A DNA stretch of 64,000 nucleotides from Candidatus Thorarchaeota archaeon (GTDB taxonomy: Archaea; Asgardarchaeota; Thorarchaeia; Thorarchaeales; Thorarchaeaceae), in NCBI GenBank assembly GCA_016933575.1, contig JAFGAR010000040.1:133265-197264 (forward strand), written 5' to 3'. A program made the position numbers and the translations under genes. Shown one piece after another: positions 1 through 10,040 of this stretch. Position 1 is the first letter of the stretch. Each line of letters opens with the position of its first letter. Below the pieces are notes generated by a model, which saw only the letters and a list, made by a program, of their open reading frames with translations, searched no databases and had not been told where the DNA came from.

Positions 1-393
1 CATCTTGTCAATAGAATCATGGTTTATTCGAGCCCAAATGGGTCCATTCAATAGTTTTGAAAGCCCTACAGCACAATGAGATCTGACCCACGGGCTAACA
101 TCTTTGAGTCCTTTTAGGAGGATTGGAACCGTTTTTGGTTGATGATAGAACGCTAAGGCTTGAGCAGCGGCAATTCGTACGTTAGCAACATCATCATCCA
201 TAACTTTTGTTATATCTTCGATTATTGTAGGATCTGCAACTTCAATTGCTGCAATAAGCGCTCTTTCTCTGACAATATCTGAGGAGTCTGTAAAAGCTTT
301 AATGAGTGCTTTTTTCTCATTTGCGTTCTTTTTTGCCAAGCGTCCAACTTCGTCTGTATCGAATTCCAGTAACAATCTCCTGGTATCAGGCAC
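1..393 (-). CDS. HEAT-repeat protein (3' end beyond window)
   Basis: Read manually: GTG at 393 after GGAGG SD; MPDTRRLLLEF...DSSDIVRERALIAA...DDDVANVRIAAAQALA...LKDVSPWVRSHCAVGL = HEAT/PBS-lyase repeats; frame open to base 1. Confidence 0.85.
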   Translation of the reverse strand, partial: MPDTRRLLLEFDTDEVGRLAKKNANEKKALIKAFTDSSDIVRERALIAAIEVADPTIIEDITKVMDDDVANVRIAAAQALAFYHQPKTVPILLKGLKDVSPWVRSHCAVGLSKLLNGPIWARINHDSIDKM

Positions 394-622
394 TACTACT
401 CCTCCATGGACTAAGTACAATCTTGATGACAATCTGTTAAATAGCCAACTATCTTGTACTCTTATCAGTTGAAATACAGATGCCTGCTTATATCAGTTCG
501 CACTATATATCTACTATTCTCTGATGTCCTATCTTCAAAATCTAAATCGAGATACTAGTCATGATTTTTTCAGCACAAAACTAGCGAATGAGTTTTAGGT
601 ATGATAATTTGCCTAATAACCG

Positions 623-1432
623 GTGGTAATTGTGAAACAAGATCGCGGTTTAGAATCCTTGAAAGTAATTCTCTTCATGACACTTATGCTTCTAATCGTA
701 GAGATATCACCAGTTATGTCGAAAATATTCACGGGTGACTTATACGCTCTCGTTGGAACACTTGTCTTTTTTGGTACCTTTTTCTTCATGTATATAGTAC
801 TGGAAATCTTCGTTCATTGGGACCAAACTTCCATCACAGAACTAGGTGTTGATTTTGATGATAAGACCATTTCACATATTACCATAGGAGCAATCGCTGG
901 AATAATCGCTGCTGTTGTTGTGATAGCATTTGCCTATTTCTTTGGGGGTCAATTGAGACCTGCTGATGAGATTACTACTGACTTACTTCTGAATGAAATT
1001 ATCATTACTACTCCAACAGCATTTTTCGAGGAACTAGCCCACCGGGGGTATATACTTCCCAAGATTGAGAATATACTTGGTCAAACAAACGCAATTCTGA
1101 TTAGTTCGATCTTTTTCTCATTACTTCATTTTAGCTGGTGGGCAACGCCAGGATTTCCGCTTTACCTTATTGTAATCTTTTCTTTCAATATATTTCTTGG
1201 TGGCGTGGTACTCTCACTCAGCTACTACTGGTCTGGGAAAAAACTCTGGGCGCCAATTTCATTTCACTTTGCATGGAATATGATTGCGTACATGATTTTT
1301 CCAAACTATCCACGAGTCCCAGTTCTTCAACCAGAAATCTTTCAAATTGAATGGGGAATTACTACGATTGTGGGTTTCTTTATTGGACTCTCAATTCTCT
1401 ATGCATTCTTAGCGAATAAAAGAAAAATGTAG
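623..1432 (+). CDS. CPBP/CAAX (Abi) intramembrane glutamic endopeptidase
   Basis: Multi-TM; EExxxR (FFEELAHRG), FSLLH and HFAWN motifs. Confidence 0.9.
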   Translation: MVIVKQDRGLESLKVILFMTLMLLIVEISPVMSKIFTGDLYALVGTLVFFGTFFFMYIVLEIFVHWDQTSITELGVDFDDKTISHITIGAIAGIIAAVVVIAFAYFFGGQLRPADEITTDLLLNEIIITTPTAFFEELAHRGYILPKIENILGQTNAILISSIFFSLLHFSWWATPGFPLYLIVIFSFNIFLGGVVLSLSYYWSGKKLWAPISFHFAWNMIAYMIFPNYPRVPVLQPEIFQIEWGITTIVGFFIGLSILYAFLANKRKM

Positions 1433-1463
1433 GGAGCTAACAGCCTGTTAGCTCCTCTTCTTT
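1433..1463. terminator. Palindromic hairpin terminator between convergent genes
   Basis: GGAGCTAACAG-C-CTGTTAGCTCC (11-bp arms) followed by TCTTCTTT. Confidence 0.6.
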
Positions 1464-2176
1464 CAATAGTCTTGCCCAATCACGATATCATCTGGTCTTG
1501 CGACCAGCATAGTCATTCCAGTGATACCAACAATAACAACTCTCTCTCCAGTTTTAATTGGAGGTCCTGTTGTTTTTGCCCACCAAATCTCTGCTCCAGT
1601 CTTTACTTTCCCCTTTGGATTAATATCGCTAATGGCATGAATATCTGAGTATTTGAACTGCGAGTATGCAGGCCACTGATCATAATCCCTCAGGAATACA
1701 AAATAGAGTATCATCATGCATCCTACCGTTCCTGCCATGATGTAAACAGTAAGTTGTCTTGTCGGGTCAATGAGAACTGAGAGAAAGATAGCAATTCCAT
1801 AGATGGGGAAGAGCTTCAAAGACACCTTGGCATCTATGAATCCTCCTTCAACAAAACTACTACCTCCCGTGAATACGGTGAACATGATATACAAGACGAA
1901 ACCAATTACTAGTAACATCCAGTATTCGAATACAATCGGTTCTGGACTGAATAGATTTGTATAGAATACTTCCATCACAAAGAGAATGACGACTAATGGC
2001 ACTGTGACCTGCGCCATAGCCTTTCCAGTTGCTGGTTCGAGTGTTATCACTAATAGAGTTAGAATGACAGCTAGTAAAATCAAGCCTACGAGTGGGTCAA
2101 TCAAGAAATAGGTCATGACCATACTCAACATTGAGAACATGATCATGACAACAAAGATTTTGATCCACGCATCCAT
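1463..2176 (-). CDS. NfeD-family membrane protein (TM region plus C-terminal OB fold)
   Basis: C-terminal INPKGKVKTGAEIWWAKT...GERVVIVGITGMTMLV; adjacent to SPFH gene. Confidence 0.8.
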   Translation of the reverse strand: MDAWIKIFVVMIMFSMLSMVMTYFLIDPLVGLILLAVILTLLVITLEPATGKAMAQVTVPLVVILFVMEVFYTNLFSPEPIVFEYWMLLVIGFVLYIMFTVFTGGSSFVEGGFIDAKVSLKLFPIYGIAIFLSVLIDPTRQLTVYIMAGTVGCMMILYFVFLRDYDQWPAYSQFKYSDIHAISDINPKGKVKTGAEIWWAKTTGPPIKTGERVVIVGITGMTMLVARPDDIVIGQDY

Positions 2177-2200
2177 TCAATCACCTCCACAATTGCTGGT

Positions 2201-3043
2201 CTATCTCTCTCCGGGATCTACCATTCCTTTGTTTGGAGGTAGCTTCAACCCGCCTGTCCCAGCAGACATTGCTGCTGCCACACCTGTTGTAGTACCTACT
2301 TCAGGTATGTTAGTTGGCACCATAATTATCAGGTTTGCATTCTTTGAAATCTCTTGCATGATGTTCCATGTTCTGAGAACAAAACCAACTTGGGACTCCT
2401 CGTATCTCTTTGCAGCTTTCAACATATTTTCTGCAGCCTCGAGTTCAGCCTGAGCCAAGATGATTCTTGCTCTTCCTTCTCGATCTGCCTGAGCTTCTCG
2501 ACTCATTGCATCCTGCAATGCTGATGGGATGACGACATCTCGAATTTCAACACTAGTTACTTTGACTCCCCAGTGTTCTGTCTTTTCATCAATGAGTTCC
2601 TGCAAATGTTGAGCAATTGTGTCACGTTCAGAGAGTAGCTGGTCTAGTGTAACCTTACCAGTAGTTTCTCTCAGTGTTGTCTGTGCTCCTAGTTCAACAG
2701 CCACAGTATATCTTTCAACACTTAGTATCGCTTTCTCAACATCAATAACTCGGAAATACATGACTGCATCGACTACCACAGGTACGTTATCCTTTGTCAG
2801 AGACCTCTCTGTCTTGAAGGCATAAGTCAACAGTCTCAAAGAGACCTTCATAGCAATTCTATCAAGAATTGGTGTAACCCAGATAATCCCTGGTCCTTTT
2901 ACTGCCTTATACTTTCCAAGCCTGAGTATTGCAACACGCTCCCATTCTTTCAGAACCTTGATCCCGCTAGCGACGAACATCAGGATAAAGAATCCTAAAA
3001 CAACAATGAGCCCTAATATCAATGTGTAAGTATCAAATTGCAA
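2201..3043 (-). CDS. SPFH/band-7 (stomatin-like, slipin) protein
   Basis: N-terminal TM; EWERVAILRLGKY...GPG, TKDNVPVVVDAV, WGVKVTSVEIRDV, AQADREGRARII. Confidence 0.95.
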   Translation of the reverse strand: MQFDTYTLILGLIVVLGFFILMFVASGIKVLKEWERVAILRLGKYKAVKGPGIIWVTPILDRIAMKVSLRLLTYAFKTERSLTKDNVPVVVDAVMYFRVIDVEKAILSVERYTVAVELGAQTTLRETTGKVTLDQLLSERDTIAQHLQELIDEKTEHWGVKVTSVEIRDVVIPSALQDAMSREAQADREGRARIILAQAELEAAENMLKAAKRYEESQVGFVLRTWNIMQEISKNANLIIMVPTNIPEVGTTTGVAAAMSAGTGGLKLPPNKGMVDPGER

Positions 3044-3134
3044 TTTTGTTTACTCCTGTCCACAACATCTTGTGTAGATTCTCAACAGAATCCTCGCAAG
3101 AATTCTGCATCAAGTGAAACTTTCCCCTGAGAGC

Positions 3135-3977
3135 TTATGAAGCTTCGTCTCCATGCGATATGTCCATAGAATCGTAAACTTGCGATTGGTCCAATAAACT
3201 CTCAAATGGCGTCTTTCTGAGAGCCTTATCCAATGCTAATAGCACGGCAGTTATTACAAAGGTTACTGCTATCCTCTCCAAGGGATAAACAAAAGCTGCA
3301 CCATTGTATATTCCTGCTAGCGCATCAATAGGAAAACTAAGGGCGAAGACAAAATAGTACGCTGCGGTTGTTCCCCCAACCAGACTATCTGCAAGTAATG
3401 AGATGAAGCAGAGGATCCAAAGAGAAAAGAATGTATTCTCAGGTTTTGATTCACTTAGTTTCATGCTCTCTCTTAGCCATATTCCTGTTTGTGGTATTAT
3501 ATACAGACCAACCATTATCATTGCGATAACATGGAGCCAAATATAACTCAATGCTGCTAAACCAATGGGTCCTATGAGGAATGCAAAAAATGTGGTTCCA
3601 TAAACGATTAGAACAACCTGAGGCCTTTTTGTTCTCAGGCAACCTGCGACTAGAGCTCCTGCTGCAGGTGCTATAACTGGAACGATTGGTCCTAGGATAC
3701 CTCCAATATTAAAGAGAATGACTCCAAGTCCTGAACCAATAGTGACTGAAACTGTTCCATAGAATGGTCCGAGGAGAAAACCAATCATAACCGCAGTAAC
3801 GAGACCAATTGATATGAAACCTTCTCCACTTGTGAGCATAAAGAGAGGGAGCATAGTCATGACAAGGTGTAAAGCGGCGAAAATGCCTGTTAAGGCCCAG
3901 TAAAATGTAGGAGAACTCCTGTAATCTTGCAGTTGTAAACCTCCAGTTTTTCCACTACTACTTCGGAGAAAACTCAT
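3135..3977 (-). CDS. Polytopic membrane protein, ECF S-component-like
   Basis: About 7 TM; ALTGIFAALHLV...GFLLGPFYG pattern typical of S components. Confidence 0.55.
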   Translation of the reverse strand: MSFLRSSSGKTGGLQLQDYRSSPTFYWALTGIFAALHLVMTMLPLFMLTSGEGFISIGLVTAVMIGFLLGPFYGTVSVTIGSGLGVILFNIGGILGPIVPVIAPAAGALVAGCLRTKRPQVVLIVYGTTFFAFLIGPIGLAALSYIWLHVIAMIMVGLYIIPQTGIWLRESMKLSESKPENTFFSLWILCFISLLADSLVGGTTAAYYFVFALSFPIDALAGIYNGAAFVYPLERIAVTFVITAVLLALDKALRKTPFESLLDQSQVYDSMDISHGDEAS

Positions 3978-4040
3978 CCTAAAAATGATGCTTCCACTAT
4001 TTGAAGGTGCCCAATATTCTTGTTAAATGCAAATCTGTGA

Positions 4041-4985
4041 CTAGCTACTTGATGAGGCTGCTATCCAGAAGAATAAACCACCGAGAATCCATACAAATAA
4101 TCCTGCACCTAAAACGACACCTAGTGTTGCTCCTAGTCCTGATGAACCAAGGTTAACGTGCATGTTTGTAAATCGCTTGAAACCACCAATGTACTTGGTT
4201 TCATAGTCGCAGTGAAACTCCTTGTCAGTTATCGCACCGCAGATTTCGCAGACGTATCTATTCTGAAAGACTGCTCCTAACAAGCTGTCTATATTGCATC
4301 CTATAAATGCTGTAAGCACAGAGAGGGGTATCAAGAACAGTACATAGTCCATTGTGACAGTTCCCTCCATTGTCATGATTCCTGGGATCCAAGTTGGAGT
4401 TAGAACTGCAAACAGAATGGCTATTACTCCAATAAAAAGGCCTGCAAATAATGCAACGCCTTCTCCGAGAAGTGAAACTGCTCCTATTGTACCACTAGGT
4501 ACCTTCCGTCTAAGATTTGTGATGAGTCTTGGTTTACTCTTGCTAAATACTCCCACTTCACTTGCCAGGGTGTCTGCACTTGTTGTAGCAACTGAACCCA
4601 CATAGCCACCAAATAGGAAGAATGGCCACCCAGCTGCAGCTAAATCTGGAGTAAGTGATGCAATGTACATCGCTACTGAGAACATCATGGGTATGATTCC
4701 ACTACCAAATACATTCACCCATGATCTCTTTCCCTTACCCTCTTGGGCTACATTCTTTACTACTTTAGCTTTGTATTTGTATTTTGTAGCAAGACCTGCG
4801 CTCATAAAGAAGAAGAGGATGATGACGAATGCTGGGACTCCTCCAGTGTACCAAATTGTGAATCCAACGACAAAAGCACTAATGAGACCTGATATATCAA
4901 CAAAATGGAGTTTGTAAGCTAACGCTCCAACAATACACATTACCAATAATCCGGAAATGGCCGGATGCATGAGCATCTCAAACAT
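4041..4985 (-). CDS. DUF92 (TMEM19-like) membrane protein with C-terminal Zn-binding insert
   Basis: KRSWVNVFGSG, ADTLASEVG, GAVSLLG, DSLLGAVFQ; CEICG...HC. Confidence 0.9.
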   Translation of the reverse strand: MFEMLMHPAISGLLVMCIVGALAYKLHFVDISGLISAFVVGFTIWYTGGVPAFVIILFFFMSAGLATKYKYKAKVVKNVAQEGKGKRSWVNVFGSGIIPMMFSVAMYIASLTPDLAAAGWPFFLFGGYVGSVATTSADTLASEVGVFSKSKPRLITNLRRKVPSGTIGAVSLLGEGVALFAGLFIGVIAILFAVLTPTWIPGIMTMEGTVTMDYVLFLIPLSVLTAFIGCNIDSLLGAVFQNRYVCEICGAITDKEFHCDYETKYIGGFKRFTNMHVNLGSSGLGATLGVVLGAGLFVWILGGLFFWIAASSSS

Positions 4986-5331
4986 TCATTACACATCCAT
5001 GTTTTTTTGCAATCAAACTTCGGTCATATCAGAGCAAATCGATACGAATGTTCTATGAGTATATATCAGGTCCTAGTAATGTCGCCTGATTACCAATCTG
5101 CGGCCCAATTACTGCATTTATACGTTTGCCTTAAGTATGATTACAATTCGCTTTTTATTAGCCAATATAACCATTTTCCTCTGTACTTCGGCATTAGTCG
5201 AACAGTAAATCCGTGAACTTGAAATCGACAATGGCCGTAATCCTTCGTTCGAAACAAAAAAGAAATATGAATGCTTTATTTCAAGAAAAAAGGATTATGA
5301 GTGTTTTATAGTCATATAATTCTATGCTCAT

Positions 5332-8300
5332 CTAATACACTGTGAATTGCTTCTTCACGATGTCTAACGCCCGTGTTGGTAGATCCCGATCATTCTGTGA
5401 AATCATGGCATCTATGTAATAACCTGTGACTACATCAATAGGAGGAGTTAGCCATTTGAGGCTTACATTATTCTCTCTTTCCCCAGTGAGTGGAATCTCA
5501 AATTCCTTGACGATATCTCGTCTTGACATAACTCGGAGATGTAGTTTGAGATCTTCTAGACCCTCCCGTATACTCTCAATTTTCATTGTTATGTTAATAT
5601 GACTTAGTCTTGCGACTAATCCAGGGATCTCTTCTCCTGATTCGTTCTTAATTGAACATCGAATTTTGAAAATGGGTTTCTCAATTGCCTTGATTTTGAA
5701 ACGTTGACTGCTTTCAGATGATTGTCCACCACATTCCACAAGGGCTTTGACATGTGCAGTACTCATCTCTGCACCCAGTGGTACACGAAATGGAACAGGT
5801 ATGATTTTTGTTTTCATGGATTCTAATCTTATCACTCTTTGAAGTAATAGAATTGTACCAGCAATAGACTCTAACTGTACGGTTAGATTACAATCTTGTT
5901 CCTTCAATAGATTACTATCCAGTTGTATTGTGAGCTGTATCATCTGGTCTGGATTCGTGAAATTTGGAAGTCCTTGAAATGTTATTTTTGCAATATCAGT
6001 GGTTGGCCCTCCAACAAGATCGATTTCTACAGATCTCTTATCCATCTCCATCTCAGCATATACTAAAGTGGCAACCAATGTGACAGATTTTGGATTCGTG
6101 ATTGACTTTGGCGCTGGAATGACTAATGGTCCAAATGCAAATGATAGATTTCTACTCTGTTTTACTGACTGCCTTAACGCGATATGTTCTTCGCCATCAG
6201 GAAATACAAGAGTCAGAGAAAGGAATGCTGGGTCTCCCTGCTCTGTGTTTCTCCTTATTCTAAGCCAACCTGATATTTTTCCCCCAACATGAGAACGCTG
6301 AGGCACACGTATTGAGTCAATGTTGACTCTGGTAGTTACATGATCTATACTGAAACGATCTGATTCAGTCGAGGTTATTGTCTTTCCCCCTTCTACTAAT
6401 CGCAATCTAATCCTGCCTAGTCTATCTGCTTGAGAACTAGCTTCGATTTGAGGCACTCTCCAATGAAAAGACGAGTCCTTTTCATGAAAATCATCATATT
6501 GAATTGTTTCAATTTCACGAACGGTTTCTGAATCAGAAATGAACTCAATGATGATTTTTGCTGATGGACCAACTAATCTGTTGCTATCACTAAGTACGAT
6601 TGTACCTGAAAGATACTCGCCTGGTAAATAATTATTACTCATATCCGCTTCAAGAATAATCTGAGGTCCTTTTCTAACAAAACCAACATAGAATGGTTTT
6701 GAAGTTCCTTCGGCAATCTCTTGCCCCTCTTCATTCATGAGTCTCATTTGAAGAACGCAACGTTCAACTCCCTCAGCTATATCTGGAGGAATAATAAGCG
6801 ATGGGAATTGTGAGCTATCAAAAACCGAGACCTCTCTTCCTTCAATTTCAATTACTTCAGTAAAACCTGCAAGAATACTGCCTAGACTTGGTGAAAGGAT
6901 ATTCATCTGACAGCTGACGAATGATTTGGATGGGTAGTTAGTCTCTATCTCCGCGTTAAATAATACCGGCGTCTTCCCGTCTGCAAATTGAGTAGTTGTC
7001 CCTGGTTTAATCGAAGCTCTCATCCAATACATGTTAATTGTACTATTGAGATTGATATGGCGTCCAGCAAATCCAACTTCTGCAATTATGTTGTATGCAG
7101 AAACCCCTTTCCGTGTTTCGAAAGTAATACGAGAAACATGAATCTCTCCGCTTTCGACACTATTGATGGGCAATACATTTGATTCAAGTATGTTTCTCTC
7201 TGAATCTTCTATCGAATATGAAAGAGTCAGATTTTCGAGATTTCTACCAGTCGAATTTCTGATAAGAATAGTAAACTCAGCTTCTTGTCCAGCAAATGTG
7301 CGGTCTGTATCCGTAACGATCTCAGGCTCTAATCCCTTCCACCAACACAACCATGTAGGAAGATGAGGCGTTCCCTCAATTGGATCATACAACCAGTTAG
7401 TACTACACTCGCGCGTGATTTCTTCAAGGCGCTTCAAGAGAACAACCATATTGAAGTCTGATTTTGCATAAACATCAAGCTGGAAATCAGCTTCAGTTGT
7501 ACGATGTTCAGTAAATTCACTTCCAAAAATCGAAACTAATAATGCCTGCATGAATGGGTTTTCAATGACTTTAAGCTCATCTAATTCTTCTCTAATTAGG
7601 TAGAGCATGGAGCTAACAGCATCTCCAAGGTATCTATTTCTTTTTTCCAAGTTGATGTTTCCATCATCAGCAATTTGATGATTGTAAATCATCTGAAATT
7701 CATCTTTTCCGTCACTTGGTCTAAATGGCCCCCAGAGACCTGCATTAACCGCAGAAGCTCGATTTACACTAAGCGATTTTGCTCCGATATCTGGTATTAC
7801 TTGTCCTCTCTCTATCATTCTTTTTGCCTTGAGAGCGAGAGCTTGTAGAATCAATGCAAGTCCCATTCTTCTTGGGATACTCAATTGTGTATCAAAAACA
7901 CGTAATTCAATTGTGCCATAATCTGTATAGGGATAACAGTCAACCATTCTTGAATAGCTTCTATTAACATGTCTTGCAAAAGCTTCTTTGTCAGTTTCTC
8001 GAATATATGGGATGAGTTCAAACTCGTTTGTTGGTCCCATCTGTGTTGTGTTCTTAAATAACCGAATTGATCTTTTGCAACGAGGTGCTCGGACTTTTCC
8101 CTTTTCATCAATCGAAATCTCATCACTAGGTTTCTTATTTTCAAAAGGTGAGTTTACCGACAGCGCAATCAAGTGTGGTATGAAATTTCTAATCATATTG
8201 TATACAGCAATCTTGGTAGGCTCAGCTATATCTGGACTCAGGATATGATGGTGCTCTCCAAAAGATAGGTTCCTCAAATATTCCTGAGTTGGATTGAGTC

Positions 8301-8766
8301 CCGTTGATACCAGAATGGCTTGGGAGTCTCTTGGAAGGGATTCATATGAGATTGCTAACAGATTTTGCATCCACCATGCTAACTCTTCTAATGTTGTGCA
8401 AGGCGGTGTCGCAATCTCAAGTATCCATGTCAGACTAACAACGTTCGGATCATGTCCAAGAAGAGTATATTCTTTTGGTTCTCCAGATGGATCTTGGTAC
8501 ACTACTACGATTCTAGATCCTCTCTCTCCTTCTTCTGTCTGAGCTGATTGTGAGTATTTTCTTCTCACCGATTCAATTGAGGATGCACGTATTTTCTTAT
8601 CTAGAAGCCCTTTTGCATTTGATACGATTTTATCAAAAATCTCTAGGATCTCCTCTCCTCTAATCCACGTTCCATCTTTTCTAATTACCTGAAGCTCAAC
8701 CTCAATCCCATGGGGAAAAGGCAATTGCATCTCCACAGATGGCAAAGTTGAGCTCAATCGTAGCAC
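5332..8766 (-). CDS. Glutamate--cysteine ligase family 2 (carboxylate-amine ligase) domain fused to multiple Ig-like beta-sandwich domains
   Basis: GIEVELQ, EIATPP, GEHHH, SVNSPF, GTIELRVFD in the N-terminal ~330 aa; beta-rich CARDB/Ig-like repeats from about aa 480. Confidence 0.8.
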   Translation of the reverse strand: MLRLSSTLPSVEMQLPFPHGIEVELQVIRKDGTWIRGEEILEIFDKIVSNAKGLLDKKIRASSIESVRRKYSQSAQTEEGERGSRIVVVYQDPSGEPKEYTLLGHDPNVVSLTWILEIATPPCTTLEELAWWMQNLLAISYESLPRDSQAILVSTGLNPTQEYLRNLSFGEHHHILSPDIAEPTKIAVYNMIRNFIPHLIALSVNSPFENKKPSDEISIDEKGKVRAPRCKRSIRLFKNTTQMGPTNEFELIPYIRETDKEAFARHVNRSYSRMVDCYPYTDYGTIELRVFDTQLSIPRRMGLALILQALALKAKRMIERGQVIPDIGAKSLSVNRASAVNAGLWGPFRPSDGKDEFQMIYNHQIADDGNINLEKRNRYLGDAVSSMLYLIREELDELKVIENPFMQALLVSIFGSEFTEHRTTEADFQLDVYAKSDFNMVVLLKRLEEITRECSTNWLYDPIEGTPHLPTWLCWWKGLEPEIVTDTDRTFAGQEAEFTILIRNSTGRNLENLTLSYSIEDSERNILESNVLPINSVESGEIHVSRITFETRKGVSAYNIIAEVGFAGRHINLNSTINMYWMRASIKPGTTTQFADGKTPVLFNAEIETNYPSKSFVSCQMNILSPSLGSILAGFTEVIEIEGREVSVFDSSQFPSLIIPPDIAEGVERCVLQMRLMNEEGQEIAEGTSKPFYVGFVRKGPQIILEADMSNNYLPGEYLSGTIVLSDSNRLVGPSAKIIIEFISDSETVREIETIQYDDFHEKDSSFHWRVPQIEASSQADRLGRIRLRLVEGGKTITSTESDRFSIDHVTTRVNIDSIRVPQRSHVGGKISGWLRIRRNTEQGDPAFLSLTLVFPDGEEHIALRQSVKQSRNLSFAFGPLVIPAPKSITNPKSVTLVATLVYAEMEMDKRSVEIDLVGGPTTDIAKITFQGLPNFTNPDQMIQLTIQLDSNLLKEQDCNLTVQLESIAGTILLLQRVIRLESMKTKIIPVPFRVPLGAEMSTAHVKALVECGGQSSESSQRFKIKAIEKPIFKIRCSIKNESGEEIPGLVARLSHINITMKIESIREGLEDLKLHLRVMSRRDIVKEFEIPLTGERENNVSLKWLTPPIDVVTGYYIDAMISQNDRDLPTRALDIVKKQFTVY

Positions 8767-9438
8767 CTACAGAAATGATGTTGCCTCTAAAATCTCTATG
8801 ACTTTTTCAGAATTTTCCGCTAGTGATTGTGAAAGGGTCAATTCAAGAACCATCACATTGTCCAAGTTTTGAGCATATCTCATTATCCTGAATGTCAATA
8901 ATCCTCCTCCAAACTCACCTTCGTCTCGCAAAACTTGCAATCCTAGTTTCTCAAGTCGATTACTAAATTTCTCAATGTCCTCCAATCTACCAGTTCTATA
9001 TCGCATACCCATTATAATCGTATTTTCTTTATCATTCATGATATGTAACTGCGACCATCTTAGATTGAATATGAAAGAAACTGGGGATCTTACTACTTGT
9101 GACTCTATTATCTTCATAATGGCATCGCATGTTTCTGGTGACTCACTACGGTCTGCATACTTGATCATCGATGGTAAATTCAGTCCCTTTCCAGTTGCTT
9201 GATTTAAAACGAAATTGATTGGATCTCCCTTTATGAGGCCTGTTGGGGCACATACTATTCCTCTCACAGCTCCAGGAGTCAGAGTACCATTAGAAGAAAA
9301 ATCATCAACAAACAACTCGCTCTCTACAGGCTTCAATACATTGTGAATGTCAAAGAGTTTCTGAAGCGTTCTCTCAAGAACATTCTCTGCCCTCTCAATC
9401 TCTTGAAAGAGGCTACTCTGTTTATTTGAGCTGCTCAT
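8767..9438 (-). CDS. Hypothetical protein, possibly a degenerate N-formylglutamate amidohydrolase-like fold
   Basis: Abuts the ligase gene with no gap; GEFGGGLLT...VMVLELTLSQSL resembles the FGase F-x-GG-x-IT...Q-x-E motif. Confidence 0.5.
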   Translation of the reverse strand: MSSSNKQSSLFQEIERAENVLERTLQKLFDIHNVLKPVESELFVDDFSSNGTLTPGAVRGIVCAPTGLIKGDPINFVLNQATGKGLNLPSMIKYADRSESPETCDAIMKIIESQVVRSPVSFIFNLRWSQLHIMNDKENTIIMGMRYRTGRLEDIEKFSNRLEKLGLQVLRDEGEFGGGLLTFRIMRYAQNLDNVMVLELTLSQSLAENSEKVIEILEATSFL

Positions 9439-9526
9439 AGATTCAGACCACTCTCAGGTACAATTGACTAATCAAGAATCCTGACCAATCGTTATTATCT
9501 TTACTAGCTCTATATAGAAAAGACTC

Positions 9527-9964
9527 TCATTCATCTGCAACTAGATCAATGAGTTCTTTGATTTTCAGTTTGAGTTCTCTCAATCGATACCAAGTTGATT
9601 CTCTCCCACTCTGTTCAACAAGTTTCCTGATCAAGATGCCATAGTCCATACCTGCTAGGTCTCCTAATAGAACTAATGCCCTCTCTGTTTTGAAGTGAGA
9701 TTGATTCACTCTTCCATCCCTGAATCTGATTATTAATGGTTCCAAGGAACGCTCTGCTGAATCAATTTCTATCAATGCCCCTCGATAATGACTCTTTGGA
9801 TCTTTGATTGCATATCCCCCAATGAGAGGTGTCATTCCAACACCCAAGTCGCCTTTACCAATCTCATCCAGTGCATCCATAGCTTTCTGAAAGAAATCTT
9901 CTCCGTCGGTAAGACATTTGTTTATAGCTCGTAAGGTGCGCGGTCTATCAGTATCGTTACTCAT
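9527..9964 (-). CDS. Hypothetical helical protein
   Basis: 145-aa ORF with AGGTGA SD; co-oriented with neighbours. Confidence 0.7.
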   Translation of the reverse strand: MSNDTDRPRTLRAINKCLTDGEDFFQKAMDALDEIGKGDLGVGMTPLIGGYAIKDPKSHYRGALIEIDSAERSLEPLIIRFRDGRVNQSHFKTERALVLLGDLAGMDYGILIRKLVEQSGRESTWYRLRELKLKIKELIDLVADE

Positions 9965-10040
9965 TCTATCACCTCATAGGAATAAAACGGGAAAAGGAGT
10001 GCTCACGGATGTAGCCCTTGATACATCCGTGATTCTCGAT

